Below, piece after piece: positions 19,813 through 29,175 of a DNA stretch of 64,000 nt (the first letter of the stretch is position 1; the number at the start of each line of letters is the position of its first letter). The notes under the pieces are model-generated. The model searched no databases and was not told the origin of the DNA. It saw only the letters and a program-made list of their open reading frames with translations. This stretch comes from an uncultured bacterium. GTDB lineage: Bacteria; Desulfobacterota_D; UBA1144; Nemesobacterales; UBA2774. Location of the stretch: positions 192,001-256,000 of the forward strand of contig CAWGRW010000009.1 in the NCBI GenBank assembly GCA_963825135.1, written 5' to 3'. The translations under genes and the position numbers were made by a program.

Positions 19813-20573
19813 TATTTCTCTCCCGCTGTCTCGACTATGCCCGCCATGGAGTCCGCTCCGAGGCTCGCGCCCCCGACGAGCGCCCCGTCGATATCGGGCT
19901 CTGCGAGCAGGTCTTTTATATTTGTCTCGTTAACGCTTCCGCCGTAAATTATCCTCATACGGCCGGCTGAATCACCCAATATATTACCCGCAATTTCACG
20001 GATTGCAGCCTGGACGAGCTCGGCCTCCGCGGGCGTCGCGTGCTGTCCTGTGCCTATCGCCCATATAGGCTCGTACGCTATTACGAGATCCTCCGGCAGG
20101 CCGGGGTCGATGCCCTCGAGAGCCTTCACCACCTGCTCGTCGACGGCCTTTATAGTCATGCCCCGGTGCCTCTCTTCCAGGGTCTCGCCCACGCATACGA
20201 TGACTTTAAGCCCGGCTTTGAGAGAAGCCCCTATCTTTTTATTGACCATCCCGTCGGTCTCGCGGAGAATGTGTCTCCTTTCCGAGTGACCGACGATTAC
20301 CCAGGAGCATCCCGAGTCGGCAAGCATACCGGGTGAAATCTCGCCTGTAAACGCCCCCTTCTCCTCCCAGAACACGTTCTGGGCCGCGAGCATGATGCCG
20401 GTGCCCCGGAGCGCCTTCCCGACGACGTCGAGCGCGGTAAACGGCGGGGCGAGTATTATATCCACCTTCCCTGAGAGCCCGCTCACCCTGCCCGCGATGC
20501 CGCGCGCGAGCTCCCCGGCCTCCCCCCTCAGCATGTTCATCTTCCAGTTGCCCGCGATCAGTCTCTTTCTCAT
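19812..20573 (-). CDS. tpiA: Triosephosphate isomerase
   Basis: AGNWKMN, GAFTGEIS, GHSERR, AYEPIWAIGTG, YGGSV, LVGGASL. Confidence 0.98.
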   Translation of the reverse strand: MRKRLIAGNWKMNMLRGEAGELARGIAGRVSGLSGKVDIILAPPFTALDVVGKALRGTGIMLAAQNVFWEEKGAFTGEISPGMLADSGCSWVIVGHSERRHILRETDGMVNKKIGASLKAGLKVIVCVGETLEERHRGMTIKAVDEQVVKALEGIDPGLPEDLVIAYEPIWAIGTGQHATPAEAELVQAAIREIAGNILGDSAGRMRIIYGGSVNETNIKDLLAEPDIDGALVGGASLGADSMAGIVETAGEK

Positions 20574-21763
20574 CTAACCCGCCTCGAAAGGGCCTCAATA
20601 GCGGGGAGTGTTTTGTTCCTGATATATTCGATCGCCGCGTCCCCGCCGCTTGATAAAAAGCTCTTGCCGGCGTCCAGTCCCTCTGAAGCCGCCGCATCGA
20701 GGGTGCTCTCCCCTATGACGGCGCTCCACGCGTCCGACTCGGCCAGGGCCTTCACGACCGCAACCGTGCCCTCTCCGAACCCGGCCCGCTCGCACATCCC
20801 GAGGGGTCCGTTCCAGAGGACCGTACGCGCCCTGGATATATGTTTCTCGAACTGCCGCCTTGTTTCGGGTCCTATATCGACCGCCGTGTAGTCGTTCGGG
20901 ATTCGGCCGCCGGAAATTATATAGGAACAGGGTTCATTGTTCAAATCACCCTTTACGACCAGGAAGTCCTCCGGAACCACGAACCTTATCTCCCTCGTCA
21001 TGGACGAGGATATGAGCCTCTTCGCGCTGTAAATCGTCCCCTCGTCTATCTCCGAGCGCCCTATGTCGCGGCCGAGCGCCTTGAGGAACGTGTGCGCGAG
21101 AGCGCCCCCGACGAGAAAGACATCTGCCCTGTCGAGAAGGCTGTCCATGAGCTCGATTTTCCCGGACGTGCAGCTCCCGCCGATTACTACGGCGAAGGGT
21201 CTCTCCGGGCTCTCGAGGCGGCCGAGGTTCTCCACCTCTTCCCTGAACCTGAGTCCTACGCAGACCGTATCGAAATAATCCGCCACGGACAGGAGCGACG
21301 CCCTCGGCTGATGGGACACCGAGAAGGCCTCGTTCACGTATATCTCGGCTACCTCCGACAGCTTCCTCGCGAAGTCCGGATTATTCGCGAGCTCGCCCTT
21401 ATGGAAGTCCAGGTTCTCGAGCAGCATGACCGAGCCCGCGAGCATGTCTCCCGATATCTTCCTTACCGCGTCCCCTATCGAATTCTCCGGGAAATAGATC
21501 TCGCAGTCGAGGAGCTCGGAGAGCCTCCTGCCCAGGGGCTCGAGCGAGTGCCTGCGGCTCATCCTGCCTCCGGCCCCGCTCATGTGGGACGCTATTATCA
21601 CCCTCGCCTTCTGTCCGACGGCGTATCGGATCGTGGGAAGCGCGAGCCCGAGCTTCCTCGCGTCCGCGATTTCCCCCGCACGCGTGACGGCCGTGTCGAA
21701 ATCGACCCTGATGAGGAGCTTTTTGTCCCTTATGTCTATTTCCGCGATCGACGGTATTGTCAT
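20570..21763 (-). CDS. pgk: Phosphoglycerate kinase homologue with degenerate catalytic motifs
   Basis: Full-length, collinear with PGK (RVDF, LLENL, DIGPET, WNGPLG, LPAIEAL) and upstream of tpiA, but substrate- and ATP-binding residues are substituted. Confidence 0.85.
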   Translation of the reverse strand: MTIPSIAEIDIRDKKLLIRVDFDTAVTRAGEIADARKLGLALPTIRYAVGQKARVIIASHMSGAGGRMSRRHSLEPLGRRLSELLDCEIYFPENSIGDAVRKISGDMLAGSVMLLENLDFHKGELANNPDFARKLSEVAEIYVNEAFSVSHQPRASLLSVADYFDTVCVGLRFREEVENLGRLESPERPFAVVIGGSCTSGKIELMDSLLDRADVFLVGGALAHTFLKALGRDIGRSEIDEGTIYSAKRLISSSMTREIRFVVPEDFLVVKGDLNNEPCSYIISGGRIPNDYTAVDIGPETRRQFEKHISRARTVLWNGPLGMCERAGFGEGTVAVVKALAESDAWSAVIGESTLDAAASEGLDAGKSFLSSGGDAAIEYIRNKTLPAIEALSRRVR

Positions 21764-22914
21764 TTTGTTGTGTTTTTCAATTCGTTTAGATACTCGCCCA
21801 GTCTCCCGATCCCCTCTTCGATGTCGGATACCGACGCGGCGTAGGAAAACCTGAGATACCCTTCCCCGCCCTGCCCGAAATCGATACCGGGGGTGACCGC
21901 GACGTGCGCTTTCTCCAGAATATCGAACGCGAGGGCGTGGGAGTCCGGGCTTATCCAGGACGCGTTCACGAAGACGTAAAATGCCCCGAGAGGCTCCGTA
22001 CCAAGGGCGAACCCGAGCTCCCTCAAGCCCTCGATCATCGCCCTTCTTCTCCTGTCGAACTCGCCGGCCATGCCGAGCGCCGCCGCCTTCGCCAGTCTTA
22101 TCGCGGCAATGCCCGCCTTCTGCACGAAGGGGTTAGGCGATATGAAGAGGTTCTGCTGGAGCTTCTGCACGGGTCTCACGAATTCTTCGGGCGCTATCAT
22201 ATAGCCTAATCTCCATCCGGGCATCGAGTATAGCTTCGAGAACCCGTTCACCGCTATGGCGTTCTCCGTGAACTCCAGTATCGTCCTCGCCTCTCCCCCG
22301 TAGACGAGTCCGTGGTATATCTCGTCCGAGATAACGAATACGCCTGACCCCGCGATTGCCGCCATCACGTCCGGGCTCAGCAGGGTTCCCGTGGGATTCC
22401 CCGGAGAGTTAATCAGCACGGCCTTCGTCCGGGGCGTGATCGCCTTTTTGAGCCTGCCGGCGTCTATCTGATAACCCTCTTCCTCGTAAATGCGCACGGT
22501 CCTGGGCACGCCCCCCGCGATCTTTATGAGCTGGGGATAGCAAGCGTAATGCGGGTCCGTGATTATAATTTCGTCTCCGGGGTCCAGCAGCGCCAGCATC
22601 GAAAGGAATAACGCGGGGGAGCTGCCCATGGTCACTATCACGTTCCCGGGCGATATTTTTACCCCGTACGTATTTTCGTAGTCCTCCGCTATCGCTTCCC
22701 TGAGTTCGGATATTCCGAGGCTGTGCGTGTACCTCGTATCCCCTTCCCCGATCGCGCTTACGGCCGCGTCGCATATCAGGGCGGGGGTCGAGAAATCGGG
22801 CATTCCGACCTCGAAGTGTATGACACTCCCTCCGGCGGCTTCAATTTCCTTCGCCCTCTCCAGCACTTCCATCACGTAAAATGGGGAGATATCTTCGGAT
22901 AACCTAGACGGCAT
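21760..22914 (-). CDS. Class I/II PLP-dependent (aspartate-type) aminotransferase
   Basis: NSPGNPTG, SDEIYH, GFSKLYSMPGWRLGY, YLRFSYA. Confidence 0.93.
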   Translation of the reverse strand: MPSRLSEDISPFYVMEVLERAKEIEAAGGSVIHFEVGMPDFSTPALICDAAVSAIGEGDTRYTHSLGISELREAIAEDYENTYGVKISPGNVIVTMGSSPALFLSMLALLDPGDEIIITDPHYACYPQLIKIAGGVPRTVRIYEEEGYQIDAGRLKKAITPRTKAVLINSPGNPTGTLLSPDVMAAIAGSGVFVISDEIYHGLVYGGEARTILEFTENAIAVNGFSKLYSMPGWRLGYMIAPEEFVRPVQKLQQNLFISPNPFVQKAGIAAIRLAKAAALGMAGEFDRRRRAMIEGLRELGFALGTEPLGAFYVFVNASWISPDSHALAFDILEKAHVAVTPGIDFGQGGEGYLRFSYAASVSDIEEGIGRLGEYLNELKNTTK

Positions 22915-23086
22915 GTGAGTTTATTCTATTTGCAAAGGGAGGAGTTGTCTAGACGCACACACGTAGTGTGGCTCTACGATTCTTCCGAAACTCCTCAGCT
23001 CAAACCGCCAATCATGGCGTTTTCGTACGTCAGCGGCGACACGCCGCCCCGTTCACCCCGAGCGCACACGCAGTGTGCTGTCGAAG

Positions 23087-23160
23087 AACAATTGCGAGCA
23101 AGTGAGCAATTGGACGCCCTGGCTCACAATGTACCAAAGCTAGTTAACTTGGCTGCCGCA
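23087..23160 (+). mobile_element. About 90-bp REP-inserted element, copy F (3' end truncated or diverged)
   Basis: AACAATTGC-GAGCAAGTGA-GCAATTG-GACG (perfect 7-bp stem); interior TAGTTAACTTGGCTG resembles copy A; abuts a ..GTCGAAG repeat. Confidence 0.6.
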
Positions 23161-23333
23161 GGATCATATCTTTTTGTCATTGCGAGCGGAGCGCAGCAAT
23201 CTCATCTTTTTCTTTCCTGTCATTCCCGAATGTCTTTATCGGGAATCCAGCCTTTTATTATTTTGATTCAAAATATGGATTCCCGCTCCCCTGGAAGTGA
23301 CAAAAATATTAATGTACCCCCTCACCCTACCTA

Positions 23334-23422
23334 ATTTGGCTCAGGCATCGACGAGCCTCATCTAAGCACCATGTCTAGCTTCGTCGTAAGAGCGACCAAT
23401 TCCTCGCCAACTCGGAATTGTT
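23334..23422 (-). mobile_element. About 90-bp REP-inserted element, copy C (89 bp)
   Basis: Minus strand AACAATTCC-GAGTTGGCGA-GGAATTG-GTCG...GAGCCAAAT; splits a CCCTCACCCT..TCCC..GGGGAGAGGG repeat that is intact at 18118-18156. Confidence 0.7.
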
Positions 23423-23509
23423 TCCCGCGCTGGGGAGAGGGAACTAAGAAGAAAAGAGAGATCGCCACGGCTGCATACGCAGCCTCGCGATGACAGAAAA
23501 AAAGAGTCA

Positions 23510-25211
23510 TCATTCCTCCGCCGCGGGCTCCAGCGTGGGCTGCGGCGTGGGCTGGGGATTGCCGGCGCCGGCGCAGAGCGTGACGACGTAATTTATATCG
23601 TCGCCCTGACAGGTAAAGAGCGCGTTCGCGAGCCCTATCACCTGGTTGCCGTCGTCGAAAGACCAGGCGTAAGCCCCCGCCTGACTCCCTCCCGTATTAT
23701 CGCCGCAAGCGGCGTGCACGTTCTCTATGTACTCAGTGGTATTTTTTGTTCCGCCGTCGTAGGTCGGCCACGCGGACGTCCTTCCCATGGTCGAGTCGCA
23801 CTGCCCGTACGGGTCGCACATGGTCGCCGGGAACTGGCAGCAGGGCGGCGTCGAATTATTCGTCGGCGGTATGTTCAAGTTCGTGCCGCACGTGGTAGAC
23901 GAGGTCATCGCGCAGCTGTTGGCATTATCACCGAAGCTGATCATGCACACGCCCCAGGCGTCGTTATTCGTCCAGGGGGTTTCGTCGTAGCCGCCGACGC
24001 AGCCGAGCCTGTTCATCTCGTCCGTAGTCAGGGAATCGAGCGGCGGAAGCCCTATCGATGACATATTGAACGGGGAGAGGCAGGTGCCGATATCCCCAGT
24101 CGAGGTTTGAACGAAGCCGCCTATGTTGCCCGGTGCCGACGGGCTGAAAACGTAGGTGTCCCACGGGCACGCGGGCAGCTCCGTACACCCGGACCCGGCG
24201 CTCCCGCAGCCGCTCTGACAGGGCGCGGTCTCGATCAGCACGTTGAAGCCGGCGACGAACGATACGTCGTAGTTATCGGCGCCCGTGCAGTTCGCCGGAA
24301 TCCCGCCGTCGAACGTAAACTCGGCCAGGGAAGCGGGCTTAGGCCCGTTTATCCCCCCGCAGTTCTCGACGCCCGTGGTGCCCCCGCAGTTTCCGGTCTC
24401 GCAGGTGAGGTCGCCGCTGTCGGAAGTACAGCCCGTCCGGGCTACGATGACCCCGGAATCCCAGCAAACGGGTATAGTCAGCTGCCTTACGCCGCCAAGC
24501 CCTGCCGGATCGTTGTCACTGGGCGGTATCTCCCAGGTGGCGCCGCCGTTGGTACCCCAGGGCGGAGGCCCTACCCAGGCGGCATTGTTCGTAATCGTGG
24601 GCGGACTCGTCGGCTGAGGGCCCGCCTGACCGCCCTCAGGGCCGCAGTTGCCTATCGAGGGCGAGCTGCCTGTACCGGCCTCGCAGAGGAGCGAGGTGAA
24701 GTCGATGCTCTCCGCACCTATCCATACGGACTGCGAGCATTGGTTCACAATGCTTATAGTGTGTGTCCCGGACGGTCCGGGCGAGGGGCACGGCAGAGGC
24801 GTCGGAGTTGGAGTGGGCGAAGGAGCAGGTGTTGGTGTGGGCGTGGGTACCGGAGTGGGTAGGCACAGGCGTCGGTTCGGACGTGGGTTCCGGGGTAGGC
24901 ACGGGAGTAGGCGCGGGCGTTGCGATCGCGCATGCCTCCGAGAAATCCGTATTACACTCTGAAGACGTCTCTATCGAGTCTACAGAGCCGCATTGGGCGG
25001 GAGAAGTCAGCGGGCAGCAGGCGGCCAGGCCGCCTTCAGCGCAAACCTCGCAGGCCGAATCCCCGCCCGTGAGGTCGCATGTCCGCAATTCAGTGTCGTC
25101 GTCATCACCGGAGCCGTCTCCCGGCGTTTCGCATCCGCCGATGTTTCCGAGGCCGATTAGAATGAATAGTGCGCATACGGCAAGAAATCGAATCCAGTTG
25201 TATCTTTTCAT
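23510..25211 (-). CDS. Lipoprotein with Cys-rich N domain, Pro/Thr linker and thaumatin-like (PR-5) domain; frameshift near 24857
   Basis: Signal ending IGGC; ISIVNQCSQSVWIG, SGVIVARTGC, CETGNCGG, PASLAEFTF, DNYDVSFVAGFNV, AYAWSFDD, FTC..YVVTLC match thaumatin family motifs. Confidence 0.85.
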
Positions 25212-25470
25212 CTCATCTCCTTTACTCCAAGCGCTGGAATTTCACAAACGCTAATATTTGAACTTTATTATTTCGTAAACATACGGCCGGAAACCGCCCG
25301 AAACAATATATTAAATATAAAAGACCGGGCGACGGGGCCCGGGAAGTACACACGCGGGCGGCATGGGGATGAGTAAATCAGAAGAATTTATTAAATGCGC
25401 ATTTCGTAGCATTACCAGTTAAACTATGCGATAGTTAAATTAAGAAAAAAATATACAGGAGACAAATAAC

Positions 25471-25908
25471 ATGAAATTGACCAGCCCCGACTTCGAGGAA
25501 GGAGGCATGATGCCGAGGGAGATGACCTACGACGGCGGGGACGTATCTCCGGAGCTCAATATAACGGAAGTGCCCGAGGGGACTAAGTCGCTCGCGCTCA
25601 TCATGGACGACCTCGACACCCCGAGGGGGACGTTTGTCCACTGGCTCGTATGGAACATACCCTCCGCGACCGGCAGGATAGAGCGCGGAAAGGAGCCTGT
25701 GGGCACTTTTGGCGTAATCGGCTTCGGAGGCAAGGGCTACAGAGGGCCCTGCCCCCCGTCAGGAACGCACAGATATTATTTCAAGTTCTACGCGCTCGAC
25801 GAAGAGCTCGGGCTGAAGGAAGGCTCCGTGAAGGAGGCGTTCGAAGAGGCGATGGAGGGCCATATAATCGACAAGGCCGAGCTTATGGGGAGATACAAGA
25901 GGAGCTGA
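25471..25908 (+). CDS. YbhB/YbcL family (PEBP/Raf kinase inhibitor-like) protein
   Basis: DVSPEL, SLALIMDD, FVHWLVWNIP, YRGPCPPSGTHRYYF. Confidence 0.92.
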   Translation: MKLTSPDFEEGGMMPREMTYDGGDVSPELNITEVPEGTKSLALIMDDLDTPRGTFVHWLVWNIPSATGRIERGKEPVGTFGVIGFGGKGYRGPCPPSGTHRYYFKFYALDEELGLKEGSVKEAFEEAMEGHIIDKAELMGRYKRS

Positions 25909-26013
25909 GCGCACAATGTGTGCTCATATACGATCCTGACAATGCTGCATCCACCTGTCGCTGCGAGCCGAAGCGCAGTAATCTCGTCTTGTTTATTCCT
26001 GTCATTCCCGAGC

Positions 26014-26103
26014 CACGGTTCTGAACGCGTGCAAGAGCCGGACGACCCCGGCTGATTGCAAATACGCTTCAATATCCCGGCACCTTAGCAACACAAGCCA
26101 AAA
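26014..26103 (+). mobile_element. About 90-bp REP-inserted element, copy E (90 bp)
   Basis: CACGGTTCT-GAACGCGTGCA-AGAGCCG-GACG...TGATTGCAAATA...AAGCCAAAA, in the loop of a GTCATTCCCGA..TCGGGAATC repeat (intact form at 23218-23250). Confidence 0.7.
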
Positions 26104-26151
26104 AGAATCGGGAATCTAGTGTTTTCCTTTTTCTTAAATCCACCCTACCCT

Positions 26152-26242
26152 ATTTGGACTTTAGCAACGCTCAGCCAGTAGTTAATCTAACTCGGTTTCG
26201 TAGTTGTCCCGGCGTCCGAATGCTCACACGTTCGCATCCGTT
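26152..26242 (-). mobile_element. About 90-bp REP-inserted element, copy A (91 bp)
   Basis: Minus strand AACGGATGC-GAACGTGTGA-GCATTCG-GACG...AAGTCCAAAT; splits AAATCCACCCTACCCT|CTTTACAAAGGAGGG. Confidence 0.7.
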
Positions 26243-26366
26243 CTTTACAAAGGAGGGAATTAAAGGCAGAATCCGTTCGCCCCGAGCCTATTGCAGGATG
26301 ATGCTTAGTCGATCATTTTAATCATTGGATTAGCCGAATATAAACAGCCGGCAGGTTAAATCTCTC

Positions 26367-26939
26367 TCACATCACTGCGTATCTCTTTTCCTCTTTCCCG
26401 AGAGCCTTCTCTATCTTGCGCTTCAGCAGCTCGCGCTTGAGACGCGTGAGCCTGTCTATGAAGAGCACCCCGTCCAGGTGGTCTATTTCGTGCTGGAACA
26501 CGCGGGCGAGCAGGTCCTCGGCCTCGATCTCGAGGAGCTTCCCATCCCTGTTGTAGCCTTCGAGCACGATTTTGTATTTCCGCTTCACGTCGCTCACGAA
26601 CCCGGGGATGCTCAGGCACCCCTCCTCTCCCACGATCTCGCCTTCAGACGAAATAATCTCGGGGTTAATGAGCTCTATCAGCCCGGGCCCGTCGTATTCA
26701 GGCCCGCCGTCCCCCTCTTCGTCATCGTCCCCTTCCGTCTTTCTCGGAGATATATCGACCACGATTATCCTGCTTTCGACCCCCACCTGGGGCGCGGCCA
26801 GCCCCACGCCCGGGGCCTTGTACATGGTCTCGGCCATATCGTCGAGAAGCTCCAGCACATCGCCGTCGATCTCTTCGACCGGGGCGCATTTCTTTCTCAA
26901 ATACGGGTCGGGGTATATAAGTATTTTACGGAGTGCCAT
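26367..26939 (-). CDS. def: Peptide deformylase
   Basis: GVGLAAPQVG, EGCLSIPG, QHEIDHLDG. Confidence 0.97.
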   Translation of the reverse strand: MALRKILIYPDPYLRKKCAPVEEIDGDVLELLDDMAETMYKAPGVGLAAPQVGVESRIIVVDISPRKTEGDDDEEGDGGPEYDGPGLIELINPEIISSEGEIVGEEGCLSIPGFVSDVKRKYKIVLEGYNRDGKLLEIEAEDLLARVFQHEIDHLDGVLFIDRLTRLKRELLKRKIEKALGKEEKRYAVM

Positions 26940-27069
26940 AAAAAAAAGGCTATCGGATCAGACCTGATTGTCAATGTGGCGGTTATGCGCGGAAGCAGGG
27001 TAACGGAATATGAATACCGTCCCTATGTACGCCATGAATTCCGCCGCCCGGGGCCGGGCGGGCCTGATG

Positions 27070-27354
27070 CTACTCGTTTCCGCCGTTGAGCTTGGTGATT
27101 AACTCTCTGCTCGGCCTGAAATGAGGGAGCTTCTTCGAGGACACCGTGACCTTGGAGCCGGTCCTCGGGTTCCTCCCCTCGTAGGACCCGTAGCTCTTGG
27201 TGAAAAAGCTGCCGAACCCCCTGATTTCTATCCTGCCGCCGCCCTCAAGGACCTGGGTCATGTGCTCGATCACCGTATCGAGTATCTGCTCGGATTGCGA
27301 GGGCTGAAGATTGAATTTGTCCGCCAATTCCTTTTCTATATCTGAGCGCTTCAT
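27070..27354 (-). CDS. ihfB: Integration host factor beta / HU family protein
   Basis: RIEIRGFGSF, GRNPRTG, PHFRPSREL. Confidence 0.85.
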   Translation of the reverse strand: MKRSDIEKELADKFNLQPSQSEQILDTVIEHMTQVLEGGGRIEIRGFGSFFTKSYGSYEGRNPRTGSKVTVSSKKLPHFRPSRELITKLNGGNE

Positions 27355-27524
27355 AGTTAAACTCCCAACCTTTTTAGTCCGCCGTAACGCCCGCCCCTTA
27401 CCCACTCTTCCAATTTAGATAATTCTTAAGTGTTTGTCAAGTGTTAGATTGCCCGGGAATTAAATTAGTTTCGGTCCCCGGTTTTCCGGCCGCAGCCCTC
27501 CTTTTCCGCTTCCCGGCCAATGAA

Positions 27525-28943
27525 TCAAGCCTTTATCTTCTTTTTCGCCCCGCCCGAGGCCCTCGCTTCCCTGCCTCCGGATTTTTCCCCGACGCTCCCC
27601 CGCGCCTCCGGGTGGTCGCTCAGGAATTTGTTCAGGTGCATTTCGGAGTATGACCCCTTCGGATAGTACTTGTCGTAGAACTCCACGTCTATGTTCATCG
27701 CCTGGAAAACGAGCCTCATGTACATGGGATCGACGAACGCCGGGAACCTCCCGTAGGTGTCGTATATATAATTCGCTACGTCCTTAACGATCTGAATCGT
27801 GTTCTTCGTGGGCTTGGGCGCCCTCATTAAATGTTTATCGGGCTCCGTGTAGGGAAACGGCTTCTCGGGCTTCCAGGCGTCTTCCTTATGGTGATGGAAC
27901 GCGTCTATGGCCTCGTCCATATTCTTGTAGTAAGGCGGGCAGTAGGCTTCGAATATACCGTCCCTTCCGACCGGAACCGTGGACGGGGGGTCTATCACTC
28001 CCTTCTTCGGCTGTACGAACCTGAACCCGAGCCCCTTGAACAATTGAGGAGCCCCTCCCATGGCGAACCTCGGTATGAAGCCGCTGAACGTCCAGCCGGC
28101 AAGACCGAGCGCCTGGAGCGCCAGGCTCATGTTCTGGCATATGAAGGCCTGCTCCACGTTTAGCCCCGTGAGTATCCTCACTTCGAGGTCGAAGAGCGAC
28201 ATCTTGACGCCGTCCTTGAGCCTCCCCTTGTCTATCCACTTCTGCACTCCCGCGGGCTTGCCCGTGAGGTCGTCTATGATCGTGAAACCGTATGTGGAGC
28301 TGCAGTAGAGGTGGAGGAGGTTCAGGTACTCCTCGGTGACGTCCGTCACCGGGATAAAGACCGAAGTCCCCGGTTTGTTCGTATTCCACTGGTTGAATTC
28401 GAACAGGCCCGGCATGCGGTCGGGGAGCTCCGCCCTCCCGTCCTCCAGCTTCACGAGGCTCTCGCGGTACAGCTCCAAAATCCTTTCCATTCTCTCTTCG
28501 CGGCCCATGCGGAAAAACATGTCGAGCTCGTGGTTCTTCGGGAGCATGTGCTTTACGTTCACATGGTAGAGCCCCTTGTCGTTCGTGAAAAATAGCTCCG
28601 TCCCGTGGTTGTTGCACGCCGAGGGCCATGTGCGCCCCGTCCACTGGCAGAGGAGGTCGATACCCGTTTCAGGAGGGAGGTCGGCCAGGCAGAGGCCCGT
28701 GAGACCGGTGCCGGACCACACTAAAAGCGCCTCTTCCATCTCCTCGAGGGGAACCGGGTCGTAACGGGATTCGAAACCGAGCGACGTGTCCTCGAGCTTC
28801 ATGCCGAGGCCGAAACGGCGCGAGCGCCTGTTGAATATCGAGTCGAAAAGCGGGTAGTTAAGCGCCTGCTCGTACCTTTCGCCGAGAGCGAACTTTCCGT
28901 TCCCCTTCCCGTTGTTGCCTCTGCTGTTTCCGCCTTTAGCCAT
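27525..28943 (-). CDS. Hypothetical protein, possible nitroreductase-superfamily fold
   Basis: NRRSRRF, GRTWPSACN and QNMSLALQALGLAGW resemble nitroreductase FMN-binding segments; AAGGAGG RBS. Confidence 0.6.
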   Translation of the reverse strand: MAKGGNSRGNNGKGNGKFALGERYEQALNYPLFDSIFNRRSRRFGLGMKLEDTSLGFESRYDPVPLEEMEEALLVWSGTGLTGLCLADLPPETGIDLLCQWTGRTWPSACNNHGTELFFTNDKGLYHVNVKHMLPKNHELDMFFRMGREERMERILELYRESLVKLEDGRAELPDRMPGLFEFNQWNTNKPGTSVFIPVTDVTEEYLNLLHLYCSSTYGFTIIDDLTGKPAGVQKWIDKGRLKDGVKMSLFDLEVRILTGLNVEQAFICQNMSLALQALGLAGWTFSGFIPRFAMGGAPQLFKGLGFRFVQPKKGVIDPPSTVPVGRDGIFEAYCPPYYKNMDEAIDAFHHHKEDAWKPEKPFPYTEPDKHLMRAPKPTKNTIQIVKDVANYIYDTYGRFPAFVDPMYMRLVFQAMNIDVEFYDKYYPKGSYSEMHLNKFLSDHPEARGSVGEKSGGREARASGGAKKKIKA

Positions 28944-29175
28944 AGTAGTCCTCCTTATTAATTAAACAAACATGAATTGATAATGGGACGATTGCCCCCC
29001 CTACCTAGAGAATTTAAAATAACTCGACGGAAAATGCAAGGAATTCGGAGGATACGCGATACTCAGGGGCGCAAAACGATTTCAAGCCCTATCTTGAGTA
29101 ACGAAATGTAGAATTTATATATTGTAGCGGGAATACGACGTTAACACCGGCCCCGGCGAGGAAAAAAGAGGCCCG

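Larger units (their letters stand above)
22955..23495. repeat. Intergenic REP mosaic (at least four palindromic families)
   Basis: CCGTTCACCCCGAGC..GTCGAAG about 23049-23086; TGTCATTGCGAG..GCAATCTC 23175-23203 with partner GAGATCGCC..CTCGCGATGACA 23458-23495; TGTCATTCCCGA..TCGGGAATCCAG 23218-23250; CCCCTCACCC..GGGGAGAGGG 23317-23441. Confidence 0.85.
25956..26290. repeat. Intergenic REP mosaic
   Basis: TGTCGCTGCGAG..GTAATCTC, TGTCATTCCCGA..TCGGGAATCTAG, AAATCCACCCTACCCT..AAAGGAGGG and CCGTTCGCCCCGAGCCT in series. Confidence 0.8.

Noticed and set aside
26014..26050. CGGTTCTGA / GAGCCG resembling group II intron domain V
   Set aside because: Motifs are in the wrong order and spacing, and other copies lack them.
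26290..26357. Possible seventh copy of the 90-bp element after a CCGTTCGCCCCGAGCCT repeat (minus strand AAC...CAAT)
   Set aside because: Only 68 bp, the stem is displaced, and the GA loop, G(A/T)CG and CCAAA motifs are missing; unresolved without a model search.
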